Assembly (NCBI GenBank): GCA_951406725.2
Contig: OX597824.1
Location: 11,160,001 to 11,224,000, forward strand
Reading direction: 5' to 3'
Length of the DNA: 64,000 nt
Source of the DNA: Octopus vulgaris
Lineage: Eukaryota
Below the pieces are notes generated by a model. It was not told where the DNA came from and did no database searches. It worked only from the letters and a program-made list of their open reading frames with translations. A program made the translations under genes and the position numbers. Positions 12,330-24,881 of the stretch are shown here, piece after piece. How positions within the stretch are numbered: the first letter of the stretch is position 1; each line of letters begins with the position of its first letter.

Positions 12330-13255
12330 GGGCTTTTTTCTACCATATCATCCACTTGTAAGGCTTTAGTCAGCCTAGGGCTATAGTATAAGACACCTGC
12401 ACCCATGCAGTAGGGTTGAACCTAAGACCACATGCTTGAGAAGTAAGCTTCTTAACCACACAGCCATGATCTTATCTTTTACTTGTTTCAGTCATTAGAC
12501 TGTGGTCATACTGGGGCACCACCAATTTTAGTCAAACGAATTGATCCTAGTACTTATTTCTTTAAAACCCTGGCACTTATTCTATTAGTCTCTTTTGCTG
12601 AACTGCTAACTCACAGGGATGTAAACACACCAACACCAGTTGTCAAGTGGTAGAGGTAGTGGTGGGGGAAACAAACATAGACACATTTTTTTCTTTTTAT
12701 TTGTTCCAGTCATTTGACAGTGGCCATGCTGAAGCACTGCCTTTAGTCGACCAAATCAACCCCAGGAATTATTCTTTGTAAGCCTAGTACTTATTCTATC
12801 AGTCTGTCTTGCCGAACCGCTAAGTTATAGGGACGTAAACACACTAGCGTCAGTTGTCAAACGATGATGGGGGGAAAAACACAGTCATATACACACACAC
12901 ACACATATATACATACACATGACAAGCTTCTTTCAGTTTCCGTCTACCAAATCTACTCACAAGGCTTTTGGTTGGCCCGAGGCTATAGTAGAAGACACTT
13001 ACCCAAGGTGCCACGCAGTGGGACTGAACCCGGAACCATGAGGTTCGTAAGCAAGCTACTTACCACACAGCCACTCCTACACATATACATATATACATGA
13101 TGGGCTTCTTTCAGTTCCTGTCCATCAAATCCACTCATAAGGCTTTGGTAGGCCTGAGGCTACAGTAAAAGACATTCTCCCAAGGTGCCATGCAGTGGGA
13201 CTGAACCTGGAACCATGTGGTTGGGAAGCAGACTTCTTACCACACAGCCATGCTT
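12330..13255 (-). mobile_element. Cluster of four tandem full or partial SINE family A copies (best copy about 12690-13082)
   Basis: Repeated TTGTTTCAGTCATT..., CAAATCCACTCA.AAGGCTTT and GAACCATGTGGTTGG motifs, all in one orientation. Confidence 0.85.
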
Positions 13256-14079
13256 ACACTGTGTAGAAATACTGATGTAATTACGCACAAAGGTTAATGG
13301 AATGGCAGAAGCAACACAACCCTCTCCTAAATATCTTACAGCATTCAAATTTATCTCTTTATACTCTGAGTTCAAATCCCATGGACGATGGACTTGTCTT
13401 TTATCTTTCAAGGGTCAATAAATTTAGTATCTAACATATATACTAGGCCATATTCAATCAGTTTATACTTTTCTCCATTAAAAATTCTTGGCTTTATGCC
13501 AATTTGAGAAAACCATTGTTAATATATGAATATTCGTTGAAGAATATCAACAATTTATGCTTTGGTGTTTAACGCATCTGAGTTCAAAAGCCATTAAAGG
13601 TTACATCATTATTTTCATGAATTTTTCTATCTTTCCTTCTTTCTTGTTCATTGTTAGTAATAGCTTGATAAACTAAAAATTACTTGTTAATTATACAAAG
13701 TCTCAGTCAATCGTACTATACAGCCGTTCCCTCCTCCTCCTCTAATTCAAATTGGTCACTGTGCCAAGTAAAATACAATGTATACTAAAAAAAAAATAAA
13801 TTAAAAATCAATATTGATGCATGTAAACATACGGGGTGATCGAAATGTAAGCATAATACAATGAAGGACTTTAAATGGTAGTAGTAGTAGTGATAATGGT
13901 GGTGGTAGTAATAGTAGTAGTTGTAGTAGTAGCAGTGTAGCCTCGGTAAGCTGTACTTGAGTTGGTTTATGACATGAATGTAATTAAGCGAATATCTAAG
14001 AAGAGACAGAGGTTAAAAACCTTGATTAGGGGATTCTGTAGCTCGGCCTCTAATGATATTGTACATACTACATACAATG

Positions 14080-14314
14080 TATTTCTTTACTACCCACAAG
14101 GGGCTAAACACAGAGAGGACAAACAAGGACAAACAAACGGATTAAGTCGATTACATCGACCCCAGTGCGTAACTGGTACTTATTTAATCGACCCCGAAAG
14201 GATGAAAGGCAAAGTCGACCTTGGCGGAATTTGAACCCAGAACGTAACGGCAGACGAAATACGGCTACACATTTCGCCCGGCTTGCTAACGTTTCTGCCA
14301 GTTCGCCACCTTAT
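14080..14314 (-). mobile_element. SINE family B, full length
   Basis: 11-bp TSD TACATACAATG (14069-14079, 14315-14325). Confidence 0.92.
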
Positions 14315-14340
14315 TACATACAATGGTTTACCATGTAGAG

Positions 14341-14690
14341 CAGAGGTCCACAACCACATTTTTAATCTATGGACCCCTTTGATTACTATTATATTTTAGT
14401 GGACTCCCGTAGCCATTCGATGTTTAAAACTAGTTTTATAGAGATTTCTCTCAGAATTTGTATTTTGTTTTTCACCCATTCACTTGAGTAGTTTGAACGA
14501 TGTAAAAACATTAAGAGAAATAAATCTAACCGTTTCTTGCAATAAAAATGTTTAAGACAAACTTTTTCTTCATGGGACCTTTAATATACTACTATGGCTC
14601 CTCATTTACTAGTCTGCTTGTGTCAACCACTGCCACCACCAAGGTTATATGGACTGCCAAGGGTAATATGAGCCCCAGTTGAGAACCACT
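14341..14690. mobile_element. hAT (Charlie-like) MITE, degenerate
   Basis: Ends CAGAGGTCCACAACC / GTTGAGAACCACTA. Related to 16508-17223 and 55145-55414. Confidence 0.65.
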
Positions 14691-15019
14691 ATGTTTCATA
14701 AGGAGTAAAGAGCTTAATGTAATGTCCATAGTTTATTCCATAGCATTTTTACTAATAGATTGCTTTATAAGGGATCTTTTACAATGTCAGCTTTTAAAGA
14801 ATTAGTATTTCTTGTTCTGACAGAGTTCATTAGAGAGAATATTGTTGCAAAGTGAGGAAGAGTTGCTGAGATCCAAGGAGGGGGAAGAACCTAAGAGATA
14901 TGGGCTTGGCCTACCTGAAGGGCAGGCTCATGACAAGGCAGGTGACTGTGCTAGGTGGAAGATCTTTTGCCAATGCTCCGTGAGGAGCAAGAGGAACTAA
15001 GACACACACAATCTTGCAC

Positions 15020-15340
15020 ATCATCACCATTTAACGTCCGCTTTCCATGCTGGCATGGGTTGGACGATTTGATTGAGGACTGGCAAACCAGATGGCTGCA
15101 CCAGACTCCAATCTGATCTGGCAGAGTTTCTACAGCTGGATGCCCTTCCTAACGCCAACCACTCCGAGAGTGTAGTGGGTGCTTTTACGTGCCACTGGCA
15201 CAAGGGCCAGTCTGGCAGTACTGGCAATGGCCACGCTCAAATGGTGTTTTTTACGTGCCACCTGCACAGGAGTCAATCCAGTGGCACTAGCAACGACCTT
15301 GCTCGAATGTTTTGTTCACATGCCAGTAAGGCGACGCTTG
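15020..15340 (-). mobile_element. Family C repeat
   Basis: Same core as 10995-11470. Confidence 0.85.
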
Positions 15341-15984
15341 CTATATATTTTAAAAAATTCAGCTCTGCAACTTCTCTTTCACCCACATATATATTTATAC
15401 ACAATACACACATGCACACACACACGCACGCACACACACACACACACACACACATACACACACACACATGCACACACGGAAGAAAAATAATGGTCTATAG
15501 AACTGATATTTTGTTAAGTACTCTTCATTATTAGATTATTTTTAAAATGTCTTTTTTAAACACTCACACTTCAAAAAGAATGAGTTGGTTGCATGAACTA
15601 ATCCACTTTGAAGAACTATCCAAAGGAATACCGGAACAGAATCATTTCCAATTGATCATGTCATCATTTTATTTACTCATGTACACTTCAAAAACAGATA
15701 GAGAATAGTCATACTCTTCTTCTTCCTCTCCCAATTATTTAAATCCGCTTCTCACTTTCACTCTCCTAACTTTCTGCTCTCCTCATTCTTACACATTTAA
15801 TTTAATTTAATCTCACTCCACTTAATCCACATTCTCCATCTGTTTTCCTTTCTTTCTCTCTCTCTCACTTTCTCCCGCTAGACTTGATCTTCTTCTCACT
15901 GTTATTTTCCACATAGCTTACCCCCTCCCCTGAATTTGATGGCCGTGTGCCAAAATTCAAAATCAAAATTTATAAGAGTGGATA

Positions 15985-16195
15985 AGGTAGTTAGCTGGCA
16001 GAATTGTTAGCATGACAACCAAAATGCTTAGTGGCATTTCATCTGTCTTTATGTTCTGAGTTCAAATTCTGTCAAGATTGACTTTGCCTTTTATCATTTA
16101 GGAGTCAATGAAATAAGTACCAGTTACACACTGGGGGCTGATGTAACTGACTTTCCCCAAATTTCAGGCCTTGTGCCTATATTAGAAAGGACTAT
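15985..16195 (+). mobile_element. B-related SINE
   Basis: AGCTGGCAGAATTGTTAGCA...TTCTGAGTTCAAATTC...CAGGCCTTGTGCCT. Confidence 0.8.
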
Positions 16196-16604
16196 TATAA
16201 GATTGGATATGTGAGACATTAAAAGGACTGAAGTGGACACTCCAATGACAGAAAGTAAAAGCCAAAAAAAAAAAAAAAAAGAAATGGCAAAAAAAAACCC
16301 TGTAAATACAGAAAAGAATTTGAAGAAAATTAAAATCCCCAAAAATCTGAAATGGAGGTCAGGGGTGGAGCAGTAAGAAACCGAATGGGACTAACAGACA
16401 GAAAAGAATGAAATTTTTTTTGGGGGGGGGGGATAAACCATGAAAAGTTTTGAAAAGAACTGAAAAATGCTGAAAAAAATTGGAAGAATTACATTTTTGG
16501 CTTAGGTCAGTGGTTCTCAACAAGGGTCAACACGATTTTTGGGGGTCCTTAACCCTAACCCTAAGAGTTTTTTGTTTATATTTAGATGCAATAAATTGGT
16601 TATA

Positions 16605-16742
16605 TTATTTACATTTGATGGATATTTGTCCTCATCTTGTTTGTTGTTAACACAACGTTTCAGCTGATATACCCTCCAGCCTTCATCAGGTGTCTTGGGG
16701 GAAATTTCGAACCTGGGTTCTCATTCCTAAGGTATTTTTCGA

Positions 16743-16776
<34 letters not shown>

Positions 16777-17043
16777 ATCACTGCCTGCAATTGAACTTGG
16801 AATCTTGGGGTTAGTAACCCGCGCTCTTAACCACTATGCCATATGCCATATGGTGTAGTGGTTAAGAGCGCAGGCTACTAACCCCAAGATTCCGAGTTTG
16901 ATTCCAGGCAGTGACCTGAATAATAATAATAATAACATCGAAAAATACCTTAGGAATGAGAACCCAGGTTCGAAATTTCCCCAAGACACCTGATGAAGGC
17001 TGGAGGGTATATCAGCTGAATCAAGATGAGGACAAATATCGTC
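16605..17043. mobile_element. Head-to-head inverted dimer of a tRNA-headed element with a Penelope-like, hammerhead-bearing 3' part
   Basis: Arms of about 200-230 bp are reverse complements around ~16845. Head TGGTGTAGTGGTTAAGAGCGC...GAGTTTGATTCC (A/B boxes). 12-bp TSD AAATTGGTTATA (16593-16604, 17044-17055). Confidence 0.85.
16649..16694 (-). ncRNA. Minimal type I hammerhead ribozyme fold (Penelope-like-element type)
   Basis: Minus strand reads GACAC-CUGAUGA-A-GGCUG(gaggguauau)CAGCU-GAAACGUU-GUGUU: intact core, stem II, palindromic ACGU stem III, and stem I GACAC/GUGUU. Activity untested. Confidence 0.65.
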
Positions 17044-17676
17044 AAATTGGTTATACTTCTACAATACTCAAAATATTTTAATTTCTTTAAAACAGTCCCT
17101 AATAATATTTAATAATAAAACTATAATAGGGATTTTTCAAACTGAATGGCTATGAGGGTACAACTGACTAAAAAATAGAAATCAAAGGGGTCCACAGATA
17201 AAAGAAATGGTTAAGAAACACTGGTTTAGCTTGTGTCTTATTCTTGGTAATAAAATCAATTAATGTCTGCTAGGCCTTGTAATGATTAAAAACAAAAACA
17301 AAATGTACCTTCTCAACTAAATGACACTAATTGTGCCATTAGAGTAATTACCAATAAATAGGATTTCATCAATTACTTATCCTTAAGCATCACTATCAAT
17401 TTCACATCAATTAGTGTATAACCTTTTGTTATTTCATTAGTATAGTAACTGCATATCGTTAATTAAGTCTACAATCATCTGTAAACAAAAGTCATTGAAA
17501 AAATAGAAGGTTAATTCATGCAGTATGCAACCAGTCTAATGATATGAATTAAGTTAATCGCTAAATTTATTTTGGATTTTTTCAGCCCATCCCACACTTA
17601 GTGTTCATTCTAAAACTAAAATTCACTGGAATATCTTGTAGCTATTTCAGGTTTCTACATTTCTTTATAATATCTT

Positions 17677-18079
17677 ACTGGCACTTGTGCCTGTGCTAGT
17701 AGGGTGCCAAGAGCACCATCCGAGCGTGATCGTTGCCAGAGCAGCCAACTAGCTTCCGTACCCGTGGCACGTAAAAGGGTACCATTCGAGCGTGATCGTT
17801 ACCAACGTCGCTTCACTGGCACCTGTGCCGGTAGCACGTGTAAAAAGATTCGAGCGAGGTCGTTGCCAGTACTTCCAGACTGGCCCCCGTGCCAGTGGCA
17901 AGTAAAAAGCACCCACTACACTCTCGGAGTGGTTGGCGTTAGGAAGGGCATCCAGCTGTAGAAACTCTGCCAGATCAAGATTGGAGCCTGGTGCAGCCAT
18001 CTGGCTTGCCAGCCCTCAGTCAAGATCGTCCAACCCATGCTAGCATGGAAAACGGACGTTAAACGATGATGATGATGAT
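17677..18079 (+). mobile_element. Family C repeat
   Basis: Core plus (GAT)n tail on the plus strand. Confidence 0.88.
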
Positions 18080-18524
18080 CTTGTGTGTAGTAGTAAGTGT
18101 TCATTGCAAAAGTATATCAACTTCTGTCATCATCACCATCACCCAGTGTTTTAAATCTGGGTTTTGTCCCTGTTAATGGGGGTGACCGAATCTACCTCAA
18201 TGCCATAGCAACTGAGGTAGGCAGGTGCAGCCCACCCCAACCTTTGGGCTGGCTAGTGCCCATCCACCTATGCTACCATGAGGCTGTTTTGGAGCTGGAT
18301 ATTCTACAGGGAGCATGCCCTTGCTTACCCTCAACTTCAGTTTCTAGACACAAGTGGTCTCGAGATCAAGGCCTCTACCACAATTTTTAAGAATGTGGCA
18401 GAAAACTAGCTCAGGAAGGCAGGGACGCCACTCCCTGAGACCCCTTTCGGGACCTCTCTACTGGGAAATATTTCCCTATGCATACTGTTACTAACTGTAC
18501 TCTGACATTTGTTTCAAAGTTTGT

Positions 18525-18865
18525 CACAAGGCCAGTAATTTTTGGGGAGGGGATAAGTCAATCATATCAACCTAGTGCTCAACTGGTACTTAGTTTATTG
18601 ACCCTGAAAAGATGAAAAGCAAAGTCAACTGCGTTTGAACTCAGAATGTAAAGTTGGAAGAAATGCTGCTAAGTATTTTTTCCTGATATAAGGTAATGGC
18701 GAACTTCTGCTGACTCTTTCACCACAACTTTCTCTTGCTCTTTCCTCCTGCATCTTGCAGCTCACCTGTGATGGACTGGCGTCCTGTCCAGGTGGGGAAC
18801 CTATACGCCAAGAAACCGAGAAACCGGCCCTTATGAGCCAGGCATGGCTCAAGAAGGAACAAACA
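18525..18865. mobile_element. B-related SINE (minus, about 18525-18685) and 3' half of a V-domain-like SINE (plus, about 18695-18865)
   Basis: Family B motifs reversed, then CCTGTGATGGACTGGCGTCCTGTCCAGG as in 36694-36945. Confidence 0.65.
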
Positions 18866-20394
18866 AAGCACACACACATGTATTTCTTGTGTACAGTTAG
18901 ATGTATGAATGCTAATGGTGAGTTTTGAGTTTCACTTAGAATACCATTATTCAGTTTATTTTTCATACTTTCTCTTTCTAAAGTCACACACACACACATG
19001 TGTACATACATGCTAGTATCAACAAGTGACAATGAGTGCTCAACACTGCATTGATGGATAAATATACTTTATTTGTGGATTAACAAGGCAACCGATGGTT
19101 TCAGATGGAAAAGGTCTCCACAATTTTTAAGCAATCCACTTGGAAATAGAATTCTTGATGTAGTTAAAATATTTGAGGAAAGTCCTTCTTAAATAAAAAA
19201 ATATTTATTATATAACAAAAAAAAATCCCAAAAACAAGGATATGAAGCTTTTGGAAGGGAATGGAAACATCCTTCCAAAATATTCATGTCATTCTGGTTT
19301 TCTTTGAAGACTTTTTTTCATATAATCAAATGTTTCTTGAAACACACATACACGAACATATATGTACTGTTGCTCCATGAAATCTTTTATTACAGTTTAT
19401 TATACTGTTAGTCAGTGTATCTAAATTAATACTGTAATGTTTACCTGATACAGAATATTTTTTTGGAAGAAGTAAATCTACAAATATTATCATTTGTTGA
19501 ATGTCTGTTATTTGGGAATAAGTTGGATGACATAAGGGGATATTACTTTGAAGAGGTTAATGGTTCAAAGAAGATAATAACAGCTTGTTGAAAGTTTATA
19601 TGAGTCAGGGCTGAAGAAAAAGACTAATAGCATAACTTATTAAAAAGATAAGTTTTCAGAAAAGAATGAAAAAATTTAATAAGAAAGTGAGAATTAGAAC
19701 AGTTGAAGTTAAAAATGCAAGTATGCCTGAAGAGCAAAAGGAAAGATGTGGTTTTGGTTACTTGAATCTTTGTTAAAAAGAAAGAAGATAAAAAAGAATT
19801 GAATAGAATAACCTCACAAGCAATGAATTCAATGAAATTGTTTAGTTATAACTTTGTCTGAATTCCCTCTTCAAACAATAATGGCAACAGAACTCTAAAC
19901 ATCTCATTGAAAGCTAAGCACTAAATCGCAAAATTGTCAGGCAACAAATTACAAAGAAAAAAAAAGAAAAAAACATGAAAAATTTAAAAAAAATACAGTT
20001 TTAGTAACGATTTGTAAGATGCTGTTAGTGAGACACTAATCATTAACAATGTAGTTCCATCTAAGCTGGATGTACAGCAATACCAATTTCCTTGCAGTGC
20101 AATGTATTAGGCAAACGCTTATGCATACAGAAAAGATATTTTTTGTCTTCTTTTACCTGTACTGGTGATGTTCAGAAACATTTCTCTGATGTCAGCTAAT
20201 AAAACACTAAAAATGACCAAATACAACAGAAGTTAAATTATTGACAAATATAGAAATAGTTGAATAGAGGAGGATATATATATTTTTTTTCATGTCTTCT
20301 CTATAGAAAAGTTTGTTAGAATATGTATATATATATATTACGTTTATATATTTGTTGTGCAAGATTTTTTATGTGAAATCGTGTGTTGAAACAG

Positions 20395-20528
20395 ATATTG
20401 TTGTATTTAGGAATGGTCATTTCGCCAGTTTAGCCAATAAAAAATAAATAACACTGAAGCAAAGTAACACCAAATATGTAGTGCATGTGTTTTTATTGGC
20501 TAAACTGGCAAAATGACCATTCCTAAAT

Positions 20529-20537
<9 letters not shown>
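20395..20537. repeat. About 50-bp inverted repeat embedded in (TA)n
   Basis: ATATTGTTGTATTTAGGAATGGTCATTTCGCCAGTTTAGCCAATAAAAA and its reverse complement about 45 nt downstream. Confidence 0.8.
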
Positions 20538-20575
<38 letters not shown>

Positions 20576-20924
20576 TAAATAAAAAAGACAAGATATAAAA
20601 CTTGAGATAGAACATTGAAATCAGTTTAATTTTAAATAAATAAATATATATTATATGTTACGTAGATGAATATTGAATAAGATTTGGTTGAGAGAGAGTT
20701 TATAAATGGATAGTAAAATAAAATTTACAATTGGTTAATAACAACATAATTCAAACAATAAGAATAACAACTATTAGCAATTACAGGTTTCAGATAAGTC
20801 GATGAGATTGTAGAATACACTAGAAAGGGTATCCTGTAAAATTCTGAGGATTGGGTTGATCAATTGTATTCCCCTTCTCCTGACAAAATTTGGTGATAAT
20901 TTTTTTTATCATATTGACTGGGAG

Positions 20925-21424
20925 AAATACCCTCCATCAAGCACTTGCCATATTCTGAACGCCTTACTTCCCTGGGCATAGATACATTGAAACTCTGACG
21001 TCTGGCAGCTGACTTAGCAGACACCCATAAAATTATTAACCATCTTACAAACAATAACTCTGAGCACCTTTTCAAACTCCACCTGTCTAACACCCGTGGA
21101 CATGTTTGTAAAGTCAGACAACAGCACAGCTCCCATGACTTTTGGAAACATTTTTTCATGCTAAGAGCTGCTGAAGCATGGAACAAATTGCCAGCATCAG
21201 TTGTTAGTTGTTGGAGCACTGCATCCTTCAAAAATTCCATGCTTCCTGAGATTCGCCAACACTACACCTGATTTTCTTCCCTCCATGCACACGCAAGCAT
21301 GTATCTGACTCATACACTGTTTACTTTCCGACATTTGTACATTACTGCATATGCTTTATACGCACTTTTGACAAGTTGTGGTGCACCTGAGCACTGTATA
21401 CAATAATTTCATTATTATTATTAT
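20925..21424 (+). pseudogene. CR1-like LINE 3' end with (ATT)n tail
   Basis: Near-identical to 33297-33745. NTRGH and WNKLP motifs. Flanked by a ~63-bp direct duplication. Confidence 0.88.
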
Positions 21425-21529
21425 CATAATTGTATTCCCCTTCTCCTGACAAAATTTGGTGATAATTTTAAAAAATTATATTGACTGGGAGTAACTGGCT
21501 GTAGCTATAATCTTTGACAATTCTTGATT

Positions 21530-21780
21530 GATGAAATTGATGAGATTAATATTCTTCTTGAACAGTTTCAAGTTGATGGTTTCAGCAAAAACATGGAAGG
21601 AGAGAATACCAGAGGGGCTACATTTTGGAAAAAAAAAAGGGCTGGGGACAGTAGTCAGTGTGGAACCCGGGAGAGAGTGTGGGAGTGGAGACAATATGAA
21701 TAGAAAGAGGAGGAGAGATGAGAGCAATGGGAGTACCTGAGAGAAGGTACCATGCTACCAGCTAGCTGTGAAGGACAAAG
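21530..21780 (-). pseudogene. LINE (CR1/Jockey-group) ORF 3' remnant; duplicate at about 23420-23680
   Basis: Frameshifted ...FFP...HVFAETINLKLFKKNIN, resembling the SFFP..WNSLP..FK C-terminal motif. Confidence 0.5.
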
Positions 21781-21803
21781 GCCTCTGTAATAGTGGTATT
21801 TGA

Positions 21804-22040
21804 AGGTGGCGAGCTGGCAGAATCGTTAGCACGCTGGGCAAAATGCGTAGCCGTAATTCGTCTGCCGTTACATTCTGAGTTCAAATTCCACCGAGGTTGA
21901 CTTTGCCTTTCATCCTTTCAGGGTTGATAAATTAAGTACCAGTTATGCACTGGGGTCGATGTAATCAATTTGATCCGTTTGTCTGTCCTTGTTTGTCCCC
22001 TCTGTGTTTAGCCCCTTGTGGGTGGTAAAGAAATAGGTAT
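21804..22040 (+). mobile_element. SINE family B (duplicate at about 23697-23933)
   Basis: Full family B consensus motifs. Confidence 0.9.
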
Positions 22041-22638
22041 TAGAATAGGCACAGATGTCACAGTAGTAGTAATAGTAGTAATGGTCATGACTAGAATATC
22101 TTAATTTTATATTGCATTATGTGTCATTAGTTACAGGTTTTCAACAAATCAATCATTGTTTCACTGCATTTCCAATGGCAATACTGACAATGGATTACCT
22201 TTATAACATGGGTGGAACAAATATCACAAGAGGCTTTACTCATAAGTACTGGTTCGTTGGTTTCCCCACAAAAGACAGACGAGCGTGCACATACACACAC
22301 ATGCATGCACGCACGCACTTTGTTTCTTCTCCAACAGATGGAGAAGAAACAAAGTGAAGACGATGGAGATGTGACTGTAACCAGGTTATTTTGCATTGGA
22401 TGTCAATGTTGTTATCTGTTATTCTCAGGTCATCCCTTACTGAGCAGATCAATGATCAAAGACATAAATGCAACTATTCAGTCTATTCACAAGGTAATAC
22501 ACTGAATCATTCTTATTTCCACCTGCCTTCTCTGCTGTTCCATACTCATTTCCCTTGTCTCACTTCATAAATCATAGCATTTCACTACCTGGAGAATTGC
22601 GATATGCTCCAGTGTTGATACAATATCAGAGGGATTGT

Positions 22639-22865
22639 TTAACCCTTTAGTGTTCAGATTATTCTATCAAACATAATGCTTATTGATTCACATTGATTTG
22701 AATTAATCATGCATTATCTCATATCTTCAAGATCTTGATGGTGTAATTACTTAATGTAGAATAACATTGTAGGGTAGGTGTGAGAGCCTGGATGTGGTCA
22801 GTTTGAGCATAAAACAGATTAAATATTTTGGCTGGATATGGCCGGTTTAAATACTAAAGGGTTAA
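22639..22865. mobile_element. piggyBac-type MITE (family F)
   Basis: TTAA-CCCTTTAGT...ACTAAAGGG-TTAA. The paralogous site at 24521-24524 has a single TTAA. Confidence 0.93.
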
Positions 22866-23098
22866 GCTAATTTTTTTGTGTAGCAAGCAACAAAATTCTA
22901 ACATTCTCTTGATTTCCTGTAATTCACACAACTTCATGGTCCCAGAAGACAAAATGGAAAAGGCATTGCTCTGGAGAATGGCAAGGGAGAAGCAGTGGAA
23001 CAGCCACTGACTCATGGTGCTTGCACTTACAGATAGCTATATCTGCTCCAATTGTGGTGATAATGGTGATGTGAGTGCGCGTGTGCGTGCATGCATGT

Positions 23099-23135
<37 letters not shown>

Positions 23136-23346
23136 CTCCTCTGTCTTTTGTGGGAAACCAATGAGCCAGTACTTCTGAGTAGTGCCTCTTGTGATATTTG
23201 TTCCACCCAAGTTGTAAAGGTAATCACATGCAAGCATGTATCTGACTCACACACTGTTCACTTTCCAGACATTTGTACATTACTGCATATGCTTTATATG
23301 CACTTTTGACAAGTTGTGGTGCACCTGAGCACTGTATACAATAATT

Positions 23347-23387
<41 letters not shown>

Positions 23388-24077
23388 AATTGGCTGTAGC
23401 TATAATCTTTGACAATCCTTGACTGATGAAATTGATGAGATTAATATTCTTCTTGAACAGTTTCAAGTTGATGGCTGCAGCAAAAACATGTAAGGAGAGA
23501 ATACCAGAGGGGCTACATTTTGGAAAAAAAAAGGGCTGGAGACAGTATTCAGTGTGGAACCCGGGAGAGAGTGTGGGAGTGGAGACAATATGAATAGAAA
23601 GAGGAGGAGAGATGAGAGCAATGGGAGTACCTGAGAGAAGGTACCATGCTACCAGCCAGTTGTGAAGGACAAAGGCCTCTGTAATAGTGGTATTTGAAGG
23701 TGGTGAGCTGGCAGAATCGTTAGCACGCTGGGCAAAATGCGTAGCCGTATTTCGTCTGCCGTTACGTTCTGAGTGCAAATTCCACCGAGGTTGACTTTGC
23801 CTTTCATCCTGTCAGGGTTGATAAATTAAGTACCAGTTATGCACTGGGGTCGATGTAATCAATTTGATCCGTTTGTCTGTCCTTGTTTGTCCCCTCTGTG
23901 TTTAGCCCCTTGTGGGTGGTAAAGAAATAGGTATTAGAATAGGCACAGATGTCACAGTAGTAGTAATAGTAGTAATGGTCATGACTAGAATATCTTAATT
24001 TTATATTGCATTATGTGTCATTAGTTACAGGTTTTCAACAAATCAATCATTGTTTCACTGCATTTCCAATGGCAATA

Positions 24078-24881
24078 CTGACAATGGATTACCTTTATAA
24101 CTTGGGTGGAACAAATATCACAAGAGGCTTTACTCAGAAGTACTGGTTCATTGGTTTCCCTACAAAAGACAGACGAGCGTGCACATACACACGCATGCAC
24201 TTTGTTTCTTCTCCAACAGATGGAGAAGAAACAAAGTGAAAACAATTGAGGTGAGAAAGTAACCAGGTTATTTTGCATTGGATGTCAATGTTGTTATCTG
24301 TTATTCTCAGGTTATCCCTTACTGAACAGATCAATGATCAAAGATATAAATGCAACTATTTAATCTATCCACAAGGTAATACACTGAATCATTCATATTT
24401 CCACCTGCCTTCTCTGCTGTTCCATGCTCATTTCCCTTGTCTCACTTCATAAATCATAGCATTTCACTACCTGGAGAATTGCTATATGCTCCAGTGTTGA
24501 TACAATATCGGAGGGATTGTTTAAGCTAATTTTTTTGTGTAGCAAGCAACAAAATTCTAACATTCTCTTGATTTCCTGTAATTCACACAACTTCATGGTC
24601 CCAGAAGACAAAATGGAAAACGCATTGCTCTGGAGAATGGCAAGGGAGAAGCAGTGGAACAGCCACTGACTCATGGTGCTTGCACTTACAGATAGCTATA
24701 TCTGCTCCAATTGTGGTGATAATGGTGATGTGAGTGCGCGTGTGCGTGCATGCATGTAAGTGTGTGTGTGTGTGTGTGCATGCTCCTCTGTCTTTTGTGG
24801 GAAACCAATGAACCAGTACTTCTGAGTAATGCCTCTTGTGATATTTGTTCCACCCAAGTTGTAAAGGTAATCCATTGTCAA
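24078..24881. mobile_element. 804-bp non-autonomous element with ~120-130 bp TIRs flanked by TA (Tc1/mariner-like); truncated duplicate at 22184-23225
   Basis: TA|CTGACAATGGATTACCTTTATAACTTGGGTGGAACAAATATCACAAGAGGC... and its reverse complement ending CCATTGTCAA|TA. Confidence 0.75.

Larger units (their letters stand above)
16508..17223. mobile_element. hAT (Charlie-like) MITE interrupted by the inverted SINE-hammerhead dimer
   Basis: TIRs CAGTGGTTCTCAAC / GTTAAGAAACACTG. Imperfect 8-bp TSD (GCTTAGGT / GTTTAGCT). Confidence 0.7.
21288..24872. repeat. Tandem segmental duplication (unit 1 about 21288-23224, unit 2 about 23225-24872)
   Basis: Colinear, highly similar blocks, each with a CR1 3' UTR, a minus-strand LINE remnant, SINE B and a TIR element. 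The ORF track shows the duplicated peptides. Confidence 0.93.

Noticed and set aside
13716-13784. Strong minus-strand acceptor followed by YTLYFTWHSDQFELEEEEGTAV*
   Set aside because: The pyrimidine tract is the A-rich tail of a decayed plus-strand B-related SINE.
16981-17030. Second hammerhead in the right arm of the inverted dimer
   Set aside because: A deletion after GAA removes stem III, the cleavage triplet and the 3' strand of stem I.
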